This document shows, piece after piece, positions 44,925 through 56,810 of a stretch of 64,000 bases of DNA. Both the position numbers and the translations under genes were made by a program. The notes beneath the pieces are model-generated. The model saw nothing but the letters and a program-made list of their open reading frames with translations. It was not told the DNA's origin and made no database searches. The stretch spans positions 13,702,001 to 13,766,000 of the forward strand of contig OZ024746.1 in the NCBI GenBank assembly GCA_964016885.1, written 5' to 3'. The stretch comes from Eledone cirrhosa (lineage: Eukaryota). Within the stretch, counting starts at the first letter, position 1, and every line of letters begins with the position of its first letter.

Positions 44925-44926
<2 letters not shown>
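44820..44926. mobile_element. Family F copy with the hairpin almost entirely deleted
   Basis: taggaaaagagtcaggaatttttccctat followed by an intact body; TA-flanked. Confidence 0.75.
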
Positions 44927-44973
<47 letters not shown>

Positions 44974-44976
44974 GTA

Positions 44977-45007
<31 letters not shown>

Positions 45008-45105
45008 ATACAGAAAAAGAGAATGAGAGGAATAGAGTGGAATGAAAATAAGCGTGAATTAACTGAAATAAAATGAGTGAATTTAAAGAACATTTTGCTG
45101 CAAAG

Positions 45106-45162
<57 letters not shown>

Positions 45163-45485
45163 CATATATTTTTATGGTTATAACAACGTTAAGTTACTGA
45201 TAGAAACGCAACATATGAATAATGAATTCTCGATCCGACTGTGGGGTCTTTAACCTCCCCAAAGTAATATAAGCCTGAAACACTAAATGTTAACGCCCCT
45301 ATCAGATTTATAGATATATCAGACACAATATTACCTAATATTGCTCTATACGCCATAACCTCAATATATTAACTGCTAAGGTTTCGTTACAGACTGAGAA
45401 TTCAAAATTAGGAAACGTATATATATAAAAAAAATCTTACTGAAGCTAAGAAATACACCAATATACCCCCCCCTCCAGTATTCAA

Positions 45486-45517
<32 letters not shown>

Positions 45518-45518
45518 T

Positions 45519-45574
<56 letters not shown>

Positions 45575-45947
45575 ACTCTCTCTCTCACACACTCTCTCTC
45601 TCTCTCTTCCTCCCTGTCTCACTGTTCAACGTGCACAATATTCCTTACCACGATATCATAAACCAAGAGATATTCTGACCTTAGGGCAAAATCCCATTTG
45701 AACTAACAGTTTCATGGGAAATCTATATGATATATGATCAGGATAAAGATAATAAAACGAATTATTAAGAGAGAGAAAGTAAGATAGGTAGATTGAGAAA
45801 GTTAGAGAGAGAGTAAGAAAAAGGGAATGTATGAAATAAACAGAGAAGAGGTGAGTTACGAGGCAGAAAGTACGAGATATTTCTGGTTTTAAATAATCGT
45901 TGAGAATCATTGAAAATAGTTACAACTATTTGGCTATTTTGTCACTA

Positions 45948-48250
45948 CAGACGTCACCTAGAAATGCGTCTCATCGCCGCAGACGTCACCTAGAAGTGCG
46001 TCTTATCGCCGCTGACGTCACCTAGAAGTGCGTCTTATCGCCGCAGACGTCACCTAGAAGTGCGTCTTATCGCCGCTGACGTCACCTAGAAGTGCGTCTT
46101 ACCACCGCAAACGTCGCCTAGAAGTGCGTCTTACCACCGCAAACGTCACCTAGAAGTGCGTCTTACCACCGCAAACGTCACCTAGAAGTGCGTCTTACCA
46201 CCGCAAACGTCACCTAGAAGTGCGTCTTACCACCGCAAACGTCACCTAGAAGTGCGTCTTACCACCGCAAACGTCACCTAGAAGTGCGTCTTACCACCGC
46301 AAACGTCCCCAGAAGTGCGCCTTACCACCGCAAACGTCACCTAGAAGTGCGTCTTACCACCGCAAACGTCACCTAGAAGTGCGTCTTACCACCGCAAACG
46401 TTGCCTAGAAGTGCGTCTTACCACCGAAAACGTAACCTAGAAGTGCGTCTTACCACCGCAAACGTCACCTAGAAGTGCGCCTTACCACCGCAAACGTCAC
46501 CTAGAAGTGCGTCTTACCACCGCAAACGTCACCTAGAAGTGCGTCTTACCACCGCAAACGTCACCTAGAAGTGCGTCTTACCACCGCAAACGTCACCCAG
46601 AAGTGCGTCTTACCACCGCAAACGTCACCTAGAAGTGCGTCTTACCACCGCAAACGTCACCTAGAAGTGCGTCATACCACCGCAAACGTTGCTTAGAAGT
46701 GCGTCTTACCACCGCAAACGTCACCTAGAAGTGCGTCTTACCACCGCAAACGTTGCCTAGAAGTGCGTCTTACCACCGCAAACGTCACCTAGAAGTGCGT
46801 CTTACCACCGCAAACGTTGCCTAGAAGTGCGTCTTACCACCGCAAACGTCACCTAGAAGTGCGTCTTACCACCGCAAACGTTGCCTATAAGTGCGTCTTA
46901 CCACCGCAAACGTCACCTAGAAGTGCGTCTTACCACCGCAAACGTTGCCTAGAAGTGCGTCTTACCACCGCAAACGTCACCTAGAAGTGCGTCTTACCAC
47001 CGCAAACGTCACCTAGAAGTGCGTCTTACCACCGCAAACGTCACCTAGAAGTGCGTCTTACCACCGCAAACGTTGCCTAGAAGTGCGTCTTACCACCGCA
47101 AACGTTGCCTAGAAGTGCGTCTTACCACCGCAAACGTCACCTAGAAGTGCGTCATACCACCGCAAACGTTGCTTAGAAGTGCGTCTTACCACCGCAAACG
47201 TCACCTAGAAGTGCGTCTTACCACCGCAAACGTTGCCTAGAAGTGCGTCTTACCACCGCAAACGTCACCTAGAAGTGCGTCTTACCACCGCAAACGTTGC
47301 CTAGAAGTGCGTCTTACCACCGCAAACGTCACCTAGAAGTGCGTCTTACCACCGCAAACGTTGCCTAGAAGTGCGTCTTACCACCGCAAACGTCACCTAG
47401 AAGTGCGTCTTACCACCGCAAACGTTGCCTAGAAGTGCGTCTTACCACCGCAAACGTCACCTAGAAGTGCGTCTTACCACCGCAAACGTCACCTAGAAGT
47501 GCGTCTTACCACCGCAAACGTTGCCTAGAAGTGCGTCTTACCACCGCAAACGTCACCTAGAAGTGCGTCTTACCACCGCAAACGTTGCCTAGAAGTGCGT
47601 CTTACCACCGCAAACGTCACCTAGAAGTGCGTCTTACCACCGCAAACGTCACCTAGAAGTGCGTCTTACCACCGCAAACGTTGCCTAGAAGTGCGTCTTA
47701 CCACCGCAAACGTCACCTAGAAGTGCGTCTTACCACCGCAAACGTTGCCTAGAAGTGCGTCTTACCACCGCAAACGTCACCTAGAAGTGCGTCTTACCAC
47801 CGCAAACGTCACCTAGAAGTGCGTCTTACCACCGCAAACGTTGCCTAGAAGTGCGTCTTACCACCGCAAACGTCACCTAGAAGTGCGTCTTACCACCGCA
47901 AACGTTGCCTAGAAGTGCGTCTTACCACCGCAAACGTTGCCTAGAAGTGCGTCTTACCACCGCAAACGTTGCCTAGAAGTGCGTCTTACCACCGCAAACG
48001 TCACCTAGAAGTGCGTCTTACCACCGCAAACGTCACCTAGAAGTGCGTCTTACCACCGCAAACGTCACCTAGAAGTGCGTCTTACCACCGCAAACGTTGC
48101 CTAGAAGTGCGTCTTACCACCGCAAACGTCACCTAGAAGTGCGTCTTACCACCGCAAACGTTGCCTAGAAGTGCACCTTATCGCTATAGACATTACCAAG
48201 AAGCACCTCTTAACGTTATAGATGTCACGTAGAAGTGCATCTTAACTACA
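45948..48250. repeat. 32-bp minisatellite, ~70 copies, degenerate at both edges
   Basis: Unit gt(ca/tg)cctagaagtgcgtcttaccaccgcaaac, with no spacers. Confidence 0.98.
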
Positions 48251-48338
48251 GACGATACCAAGAAGCATCAAGATAAAGAAAGCAGATGTTATTGTGGATA
48301 TAATCAAGCAAACAGAAAGCTTGATCGAAAGTTTAACT

Positions 48339-48664
48339 CAGAGGTTCTCAAACGCCCCCGCACCCCACCCTCCTCAAGGCCACGTAACACCCTCAACGCC
48401 CCAACCCTATTTCCAGAGAGACCTGCCTACACGCAACTTGTAAATAATATATAATAAATAAAATATATAATAATTTATATAATATATGCTATGCATAAAT
48501 AGGTATTATATATTTTTTATTTTACTATATTTATATATATATATATCATTTAATATTTAATATACTGTTATATCGACTCTACCTCCCGCTTAGGCCTCAG
48601 CGCCCCCTGGATCCTCTTAAGGCCTCCACTCCCGGCACCGTAGCACCCACTTTGAGAACCTCTG
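48339..48664. mobile_element. hAT (Charlie-like) MITE
   Basis: 14-bp TIR CAGAGGTTCTCAAA...TTTGAGAACCTCTG; 8-bp TSD gtttaact/gtttaatt. Confidence 0.9.
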
Positions 48665-50824
48665 GTTTAATTGGACCTAAATATGTGAGAACAGAGTAGA
48701 CAAAGTGATGCAGATAATATTGACGGATATTACCACGTAGAAACTGAAGTAGCAGCTCGACCTGCTAAAATAGCAGCCAAATAGCTCAAAAATCCCCATA
48801 AAGTCGTCATGAATAAGGATAATTTAGTCCTTGTCTGAAAAATAAGACTGAATGCTCATGGCTAGAACGGCTTTGTCAGCTCGATTAAGTAAAATCTGGG
48901 GTGAAATAACAGCAATTATTTATTTTGAAGGAACATGATCACCGTTTTTATCAGAACCCACCCCATCACCAATAAACGGAGAGTAAGGGGCTTGCACGAC
49001 GTCAATAGCTTTTCAGATGCGATAACGATGTTAGTGAAGTGAACTGGCAACAGCTTCGACTCGAAACGAACTCGTTGTTTCCTTTTGTTTGGAAATCTTC
49101 AGTTCTACAGTATTTTCCACGAGTCTAATCACAACGTGAACGGTGCTTCTGATGTATTGACAAATACTATAATCAATAGCTTGGCTGGACATGGTATATG
49201 TATCCATCTATTTACACGACGTGTCTGCGAATCTTCTTTGAAACAAAGTATTGTTATTTAATAAATGTACAGTAAAAGTTCTCGTCACCTTTAGTGATTC
49301 TTTTGATTTCTCAATAACTATTGCAGATCTACGTTCAGTTTCTTTGTCATTTGCACTCTCAGGATATTTACAGGGCTTTGTACTACAAAGAGAGCTGGAT
49401 TTAGCAGTGTAAGCATTTTCCTCACACAAGTTCACGGAAATAATTCAAAGCTTAGATAATATATGAAACAAATACGGATATTCAAAAACATTTTCATCCA
49501 AAATTCTCAGCAGGCGAGGAGAACAGTTTAAACTTGGTCAAGGTTAATCTTGTCTAGTAATTATTTGAAAATGTTTCATAAAAGAATACGAGATAAGTTC
49601 ACAGGAATAAATTATCGAGTACCAAGTGGTCAGGAATTAGAGCATTGGGGAACAATAAAGTCCTTTATTTGATTTCCTGGGAGAAAACCTGACTTCTCTG
49701 CTTGAAAAAGAACTGTATGAATAGATATTGGATTTTATAGTGCTGATCTAATCTATGAAAATAACTTCAATACTATTTCACATTTAAACACGTGGTTGGT
49801 CTCCGTTTTATGTCAAGTGGTTTCTATTTTAGTTTCTTAAACCTATACCTAATGGGAGCAGCCTGAAATGAAGATAAATTTGATTGCTTTTATTAATTCA
49901 CCAACAGCCTTACTCACACACATACACAACAGCACACCCAAGCTTGCTTGCACACACACATTGACATAAATATATAACGATTCATTACATAGGCATGTGA
50001 TATCAACGTTTCTGACACGGGGAATAGAAATTATAGCTTTCATGTTATTCCTAGGGGAATCATATGGAGGAATGAATGTGAATTTAACAGCGAATCAAAA
50101 TTAGGTTACAGACACGTTTCGTCGAAAACTTATCACCTCATTTCAACAAATACAGAAATAGGCTCACAGGACAAGCATCTCCCCCCTCTCTCTGATACAC
50201 ATATACACATATATACACACATTCACGCTCTCATCCACACCAAACATCTACAAGCATGCCTTTGGGGCTCAACATTTATTTCAAATGCCTACAACTGACT
50301 GAATACATCATCCAGTGTATATTCTGGTGGATATCTGTGTGTAATGAGGCTGGTTGAAGAAGGAATTGTTACACATCGTTGATTACATGTCATATAATGC
50401 AATAATTCTGCCCCAAACCTTTGTAAGACAACGACACAATCAAAGATTTTCTTTCAAAGTCGAATAATGCATTCTCAAACCAATTTATAAGATTATTCAA
50501 TCTTAAAAAAAAGGTAGTTCCCACAGCCCCTTGCAAGACTAATGAGGTCAGTGTAATTGGTGCCCTACTTTAGGTTCTGTATGGAATATGTGTACAGAGA
50601 ACGAGCTATAGGGTGTTGTAGTTTTTGGTAGGAAGAATTGAATAAAGACTTTAGTAGAGGATTAGGCTGAGTGAGCTGAAGTAAGGGGGGCGAGGTGAGA
50701 AGAGATGGGTGAGCAGGCGTGGTATATAGTTTTATAGTTCAGATGTGAAAGGTAAATGTTTACTCTGCTTATGTGTGTCAACGAAGAGTAGAGGGAAACA
50801 CACGCCAGGAGGCAGTTCTGAATG

Positions 50825-50920
50825 ATGTGTGTGTGTGTTTACATACACATTCTCTCTCTCTCTCACACACACATACTTATACAGACAGATACACATACAC
50901 ACTCTCTCTCCCACATACAA

Positions 50921-50992
<72 letters not shown>

Positions 50993-51022
50993 ACCCACCC
51001 ACACACACGCACATACACACAC
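50825..51022. repeat. (CA)n compound microsatellite
   Basis: Direct inspection. Confidence 0.92.
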
Positions 51023-51261
51023 AGCAGAATCTCACAAACTTCATATAGTAAGCGAAGTGGAAAAACTTCAATAAGCAGGAATTATCCTTGTAATATGAAG
51101 ACAAAATCTTCTATCTGCTGTGTTAAAATCTCTCTTTATTATTCTGTATATAAACTAACCATCCTTAGTCAAGTCAACCACTATTAAATATGCATCGCTG
51201 AGGAGATCTAATTAGGTTAAAACATATCGCCGGTTGGCTATAAAGAGAGTGTTCATTCGTA

Positions 51262-51262
<1 letters not shown>

Positions 51263-51292
<30 letters not shown>

Positions 51293-51341
51293 CTTCTTCT
51301 TCTTCTTCTTCTTCTTCTTCTTCTTCTTCTTCTTCTTCTTC
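51263..51341. repeat. (CTT)n microsatellite
   Basis: Direct inspection. Confidence 0.97.
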
Positions 51342-51501
51342 TCTGCTCTTAAAACATTGGGATCAACTGTTATTGTATGATTATCAACTTTTCTGTTGTT
51401 TTTAGATTCGAAACTCACTGAAGGGAATTTTATCTTCAAATTATAGTTTTAGTTTCAGCTGGTTGAATGTCTTTCATTTCCTATATATACAATCTGTGGG
51501 A

Positions 51502-51596
<95 letters not shown>

Positions 51597-51626
51597 CTGC
51601 GAGAGTGTATATATAGATATATACAT

Positions 51627-51674
<48 letters not shown>

Positions 51675-51739
51675 TGTGCTGAACAGTCTTCTAAGTTATC
51701 CCCCTCCCCCCGGTTCCCTTTGTTGATATATATATCTAT

Positions 51740-51949
51740 ATAGGAAAATGTTCAAGACCCGACGGCAGAGCTCGAGCCGTTTCGACGGGTATTTCTGCAC
51801 TCTTCGGTCCAGAAATAGCCGTCGAAACGGCTTGAGCTCTGCCGTCGGGGTCTTGAACATTTTCCTATTACCCACTCTACTACCCAAAGTATTGGGTACT
51901 CTGGTGCGTTATGGTACACCTGGTTCCTTACCACACACTTCCTTCATTA
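51740..51949. mobile_element. Fold-back element family F copy (longest loop)
   Basis: Hairpin 51740-51868 plus body; TA-flanked. Confidence 0.85.
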
Positions 51950-51974
51950 TATATATATATATATATATATATGC

Positions 51975-52139
51975 GAGACAAACCACAACAAAACCACAAA
52001 CCCCCCATCTCAATTTTACTTTTGAAAATCATAAGAACTGTGAAACCAGTAAAGTAAATCAATAAATATTCATAAAAGACTCCAGTTGCATTGTCAATTT
52101 CTTTTTCTTGTATATATATATATATATATATTCCTTCGT

Positions 52140-52230
<91 letters not shown>

Positions 52231-52620
52231 AAAATGAGGTTTCTTTTAATGAAAAAAACAAAACGAGATGCCCTGCACGAGTGAAAGTATAAGGAAAAGA
52301 AATCGAAAATGCAACTGGAGTCCTTTAAAGAATATTTATTTGTTTCCTTTACCGGTTCGCCAGTTCTTATGCTTTTCAAAAGTAGAACTGAGATGGAGGG
52401 CTTGTGTGGGGCGTCTTCCAGCTCGTTGCTGCTGCGTCGAACGCGAGTAAGGTTCTGGTAGGATGATCTGGCGGCGGTGGAGGACATGTCCGTACAAACA
52501 GGTGTCGTCCTCTCAATACCATGGTTTAGGTCAGCCTGACGATATGCTGGAAGATATCTGCTGAAGATTCCACGCATTGAGTTCGAAACTAGAACTTCAC
52601 AATTACGAAGTGAATTTCTT
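51975..52620. mobile_element. Family G PLE-like repeats in inverted arrangement around (TA)n
   Basis: 51975-52105 (+) and 52230-52410 (-) are both homologous to 23311-23518; degenerate hammerheads at 52018-52055 (+) and 52346-52383 (-); the GC-richer 52410-52600 may be the ORF end. Confidence 0.65.
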
Positions 52621-53081
52621 CATTAATCAGCCATGGTTCAGAGACAGTAGCTACACGCATGAGCAAACACACACATTCGGATGCACGCACACACTCACGG
52701 ATGTATGCATTCATATTTTCACTAATGACCGAATTAGTCACACGTATTCAGCCTCATACAAATGCACAAAGATAAACACACGTACACATGTGATTGACTT
52801 ATGTAATTATAGTTAGATAGTTAGATCGTTTGCCAATGGTATATTTAATAGTGGTATGTTGTACAGATGTAGTGGAAGGACGTTTTCATAGAGTGGCAGA
52901 AGCAGCTGCCATTGGATTTGATTACAGTTCTGTGGATTTACTGGATGGTTGAATGGAGGGAGTAATTAATTTTAGACTCTAACTACGTAACTACGTCTGA
53001 AGCAAACATGGGAAGGAAGGTTTAACTGCCTTTCCATCTACTCTCGTTATCTCTCTCCACACACTTTAATCTGTTATTTTA

Positions 53082-53541
<460 letters not shown>

Positions 53542-53644
53542 GGTGGGAGGTCTGTGTTAGTATACACACAAGGCTCATCTTTAAGAATGGAAGGTGCAAA
53601 GCAATTAGAATCTAATTAATGATAAATATTTAGAGAATATTTAC

Positions 53645-53758
53645 CACGCTAAACTTGCCAACTGCCGATCCATATCACTCACTTCCAATATTTTAAAGGT
53701 GACAGTCAGCCATTTACAACACCTTGTATCTCTCTTCAACTCTCTCTCTCTCTCTCTC

Positions 53759-53839
<81 letters not shown>

Positions 53840-54320
53840 GATGCCTTGAATATCTTTCTCCACTTAGTGAGTATCAGTGCAGCTTTTGTAAAGCCAGATC
53901 TACTAGTGGGTTCTCGTCTCGTCCTCGGTAAATTTGATGCAAGCTTTCGATCGCTTCTTGCAAAATTACCTGTGTATGGTGTCCATTCACCTCTTACCAC
54001 TCTAGAGCCGATTGAGCTCTCACTGACATTCATCTCCTACCTCTTGGATAGATCACTCTAGAGCTGATGAAGCTCTCACTGACACACACATACTCTCAAC
54101 TCTTATTTCCCTCAAAGTTTGGTTTTGTCCCTCACCTTATTGCTTCTATACACGAACGATTGACTAGACATCATCTACATAAACACCCACCCAAGGCCCT
54201 GTACTAACCACTAGGTCGACCCCCTTCTTCTCAGAACCTCGGCTCTATGGAATTACCTCTCAACATATGTATTTCTTGCAGAAGTCAACATCCAAATTAA
54301 CGGCATCAATGTTACCGGTT
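53645..54320 (+). mobile_element. Internally deleted CR1/L2/Jockey-type LINE RT relic, split by (CT)n
   Basis: ANCRSISLTSNILKV (cf. NYRPISLTS), YQCSFCKARST (cf. QYGFRxxRST), LLAKLPVYGV, ISYLLDRS, PQSLVLSLTLLLLYTND (cf. PQGSVLSPTLFLLYINDL), RTSALWNYL. Confidence 0.8.
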
Positions 54321-55591
54321 TCGGAGGGATTTAAACTTAGAATGTAAAAAGCCAGAACAAATTCCGCATTTTATTCTGCTGACACATCGCCCTTTATTAT
54401 TCTTGACTTTATTTGACGAGGCAGAATGTTTTATAATCAATGCATTACATCAAATGTATGTTGAGATGTTGTTTATGACTTACTCAGGGTATTAAAGACC
54501 TGATTGTAGTGAAATACCTTGAACGGAAGATGAAAAAGCGTCGCATTCACGTTTCCTCAAAAGTTTATTTTTGGTCCCACAGAGTATTTTTACCATGTTC
54601 ATGAACGCGCACGAAAGATATCAAGTGAAAAGAATATGCCTGTAAGAATGAATTTCGTTGCATATTTGCCTTTGAAAAATGTAAAAGGTGAATTTCTCTA
54701 ATAATTGTAATGAAATAAGGTTTAGTATATTAGAAAACTCCAAGGGACATTCTAGATATTAAAAGAGGCTGGTTGTGACAAACAAAAGCAGGCAAAATTC
54801 AGATGTATTGATGTCATGCTCACCATTGTGTTTACAGCCGACATTTGAATAAGGAGATTAGATAAGAAATATAATTAATTGAAGACACTGGTTGAGAACT
54901 AGTAAACAATCCTCGTCTATTTTAGCCTTTCAACTAATTCCGGTTAAAAGTACGGACAAAATAATTATTTACAAAGCTATTCAGCTTTACGAACTATTGA
55001 TGCTTTCTCTGTCAGAAATCTCTTACTAATGGCATATCGATACTGGATATATATTTTCTTTCAATTCTAGTGAAAGAAAGGGTGAAACTTCTCAGGCTAA
55101 ATTGAACTCACTACATTCAGCTATACGTTAACACGCATTAAAAATTGACGTTTCAGGAAATTGCAGACGATTCCAGGTCATATCGCGTGCTGACCTTTAA
55201 GGAACGAAACTTATTTGTAAGCTACAAGATATTGAATTTCAAATATGTAGAGAAGTGTAGTTCAACTATTGTGAAATGCTTAAATTCAGATAATTTATCT
55301 GATAACATACAAGTTAATATAGATAGGTTTGAGGTTAGACTTAAGAAACGAAGGAAACCAACATCTTTCAGGAATAGTTTTATAAATACTATTATGAAGT
55401 AAAGGCAAGCAGCGAATAGTGACATTAACAGACGACGTCAAATGTTCCAAGTTCCTGACATATTTTCGATTTTCAGTCGAAGATATTTCACTTTAATTAT
55501 GTTACTAATCCCACTTGAAAAACATAAACTTGCAAACAAATCACACTTCAATCTTTGATTTCTTCAGTACACTGCCAGGGTAAGACATTTT

Positions 55592-55666
<75 letters not shown>

Positions 55667-55689
55667 ATATATATATATATATATATATG

Positions 55690-55930
55690 TATGTAAAAGG
55701 TAAACAGAAATAACAACACAATCGGTACAGTATATGGAAGGTATATATTAGGTTAACACTAGATATAGCAGGAAGAGGGTCTTAACGTTTCGGACGCTAG
55801 TCCTTCATCAGAAGAAAGAATGAGAAATAAGATAGATTAGGGGACGGGTGGGATGGAATTGGAAAAAATGTCTTTAGATATATGTATATAAATGAAATTT
55901 TAGAAGAAATCATGGAGTCATCGGCTACTT
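55690..55930 (-). mobile_element. TA-adjacent PLE-like terminal repeat (family H)
   Basis: Contains a hammerhead; a truncated homologue lies at 62975-63047. Confidence 0.65.
55780..55815 (-). ncRNA. Minimal type I hammerhead ribozyme
   Basis: Reverse complement tctt-CTGATGA-aGGAC(tagc)GTCC-GAA-ACGT-T-aaga: canonical core, stem I tctt/aaga, stem II GGAC/GTCC, palindromic stem III. Confidence 0.78.
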
Positions 55931-55947
55931 CTCTGCCATTATTTAAT

Positions 55948-56135
55948 CGGTGGATTGGCAGTATCGGTAGAGAGTCGGACACCATGCTTTGAAGCATAGA
56001 GTTACGTCCCTTTATGATCTGAGTTCAAATCCCGCCGAGGTTAACTTTGCCTTTCATCCTTACGGTGTCGATAAAATAAATTACCAGTAATGTACTGGGT
56101 AATTGCTGGCCTTGTGCCTAAAAATAGAAACAATT
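55948..56135 (+). mobile_element. SINE family A
   Basis: Near-full copy. Confidence 0.9.
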
Positions 56136-56224
56136 ATTTAATCTTTGAATTATAAGTACGGTTCACCCGACGAGCTTCCAAACAGTTTACGTCTACCCAA
56201 TTTCTCTCACAAAGTATAGGTTGA

Positions 56225-56497
56225 CCCATGTGTGTGGGGTGGGTGGGGGGTGGAGGTGGCGGCGGTGGAGACTGTAACTGTGAGTATGAGTACGTGGGGG
56301 GTATGTGTGTGCCCGTGCATGAGTGTGCATGTGAGTATGTGGTGTGGACGTGCGCGCGCGCGCGCGAGCATGTGTGTGTGTGTGTGTGTGTGTGTGCGTG
56401 CGTGTGTGTGTGTGTGCGCGTATGTGTGTGTGTGTGCGTGTATGCGTGTGTCTGTATAAGTGTAAATTCATACAATATATGTTGATATTCAAGCAGT
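56225..56497 (-). mobile_element. Microsatellite-containing interspersed repeat
   Basis: Unique segments are the reverse complement of 59935-60275. Confidence 0.65.
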
Positions 56498-56589
56498 CGA
56501 GATTATTTTACAAGCTGTGCTGAGACTAAATCCCCCATAGACTACTGGAATTATATAGATACTACCCGTGGTATTATTTATAAGCATTT

Positions 56590-56810
56590 AGGGCGGTGGA
56601 TTGGCAGTATCGGTAGAGCGTCAGATACTATGCTTTGTGGCATAGAGTTATGACCCTTTACGTTCTGCGTTTAACACCAGCCGAGGTTAACTTTGCATTT
56701 CATCCTTGCGCGGTCGATAAAATAAAGCACCAGTAATGTACTGGGGTCGATTTAATCGACTTTCCCTTTTCCCAAAATTGTTGGCCTTGTGCCTAAAGTA
56801 GAAATAATTA
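56590..56810 (+). mobile_element. SINE family A, long-tail variant
   Basis: Full copy; imperfect TSD ttatttataagcatt/ttatttattagcgtt. Confidence 0.9.

Noticed and set aside
45948-48250. CRISPR array (32-bp repeats)
   Set aside because: Units are head-to-tail with no unique spacers, there are no cas genes, and the context is eukaryotic
54500-55500. Second hAT transposase relic
   Set aside because: Only one or two weak motif echoes, which is insufficient
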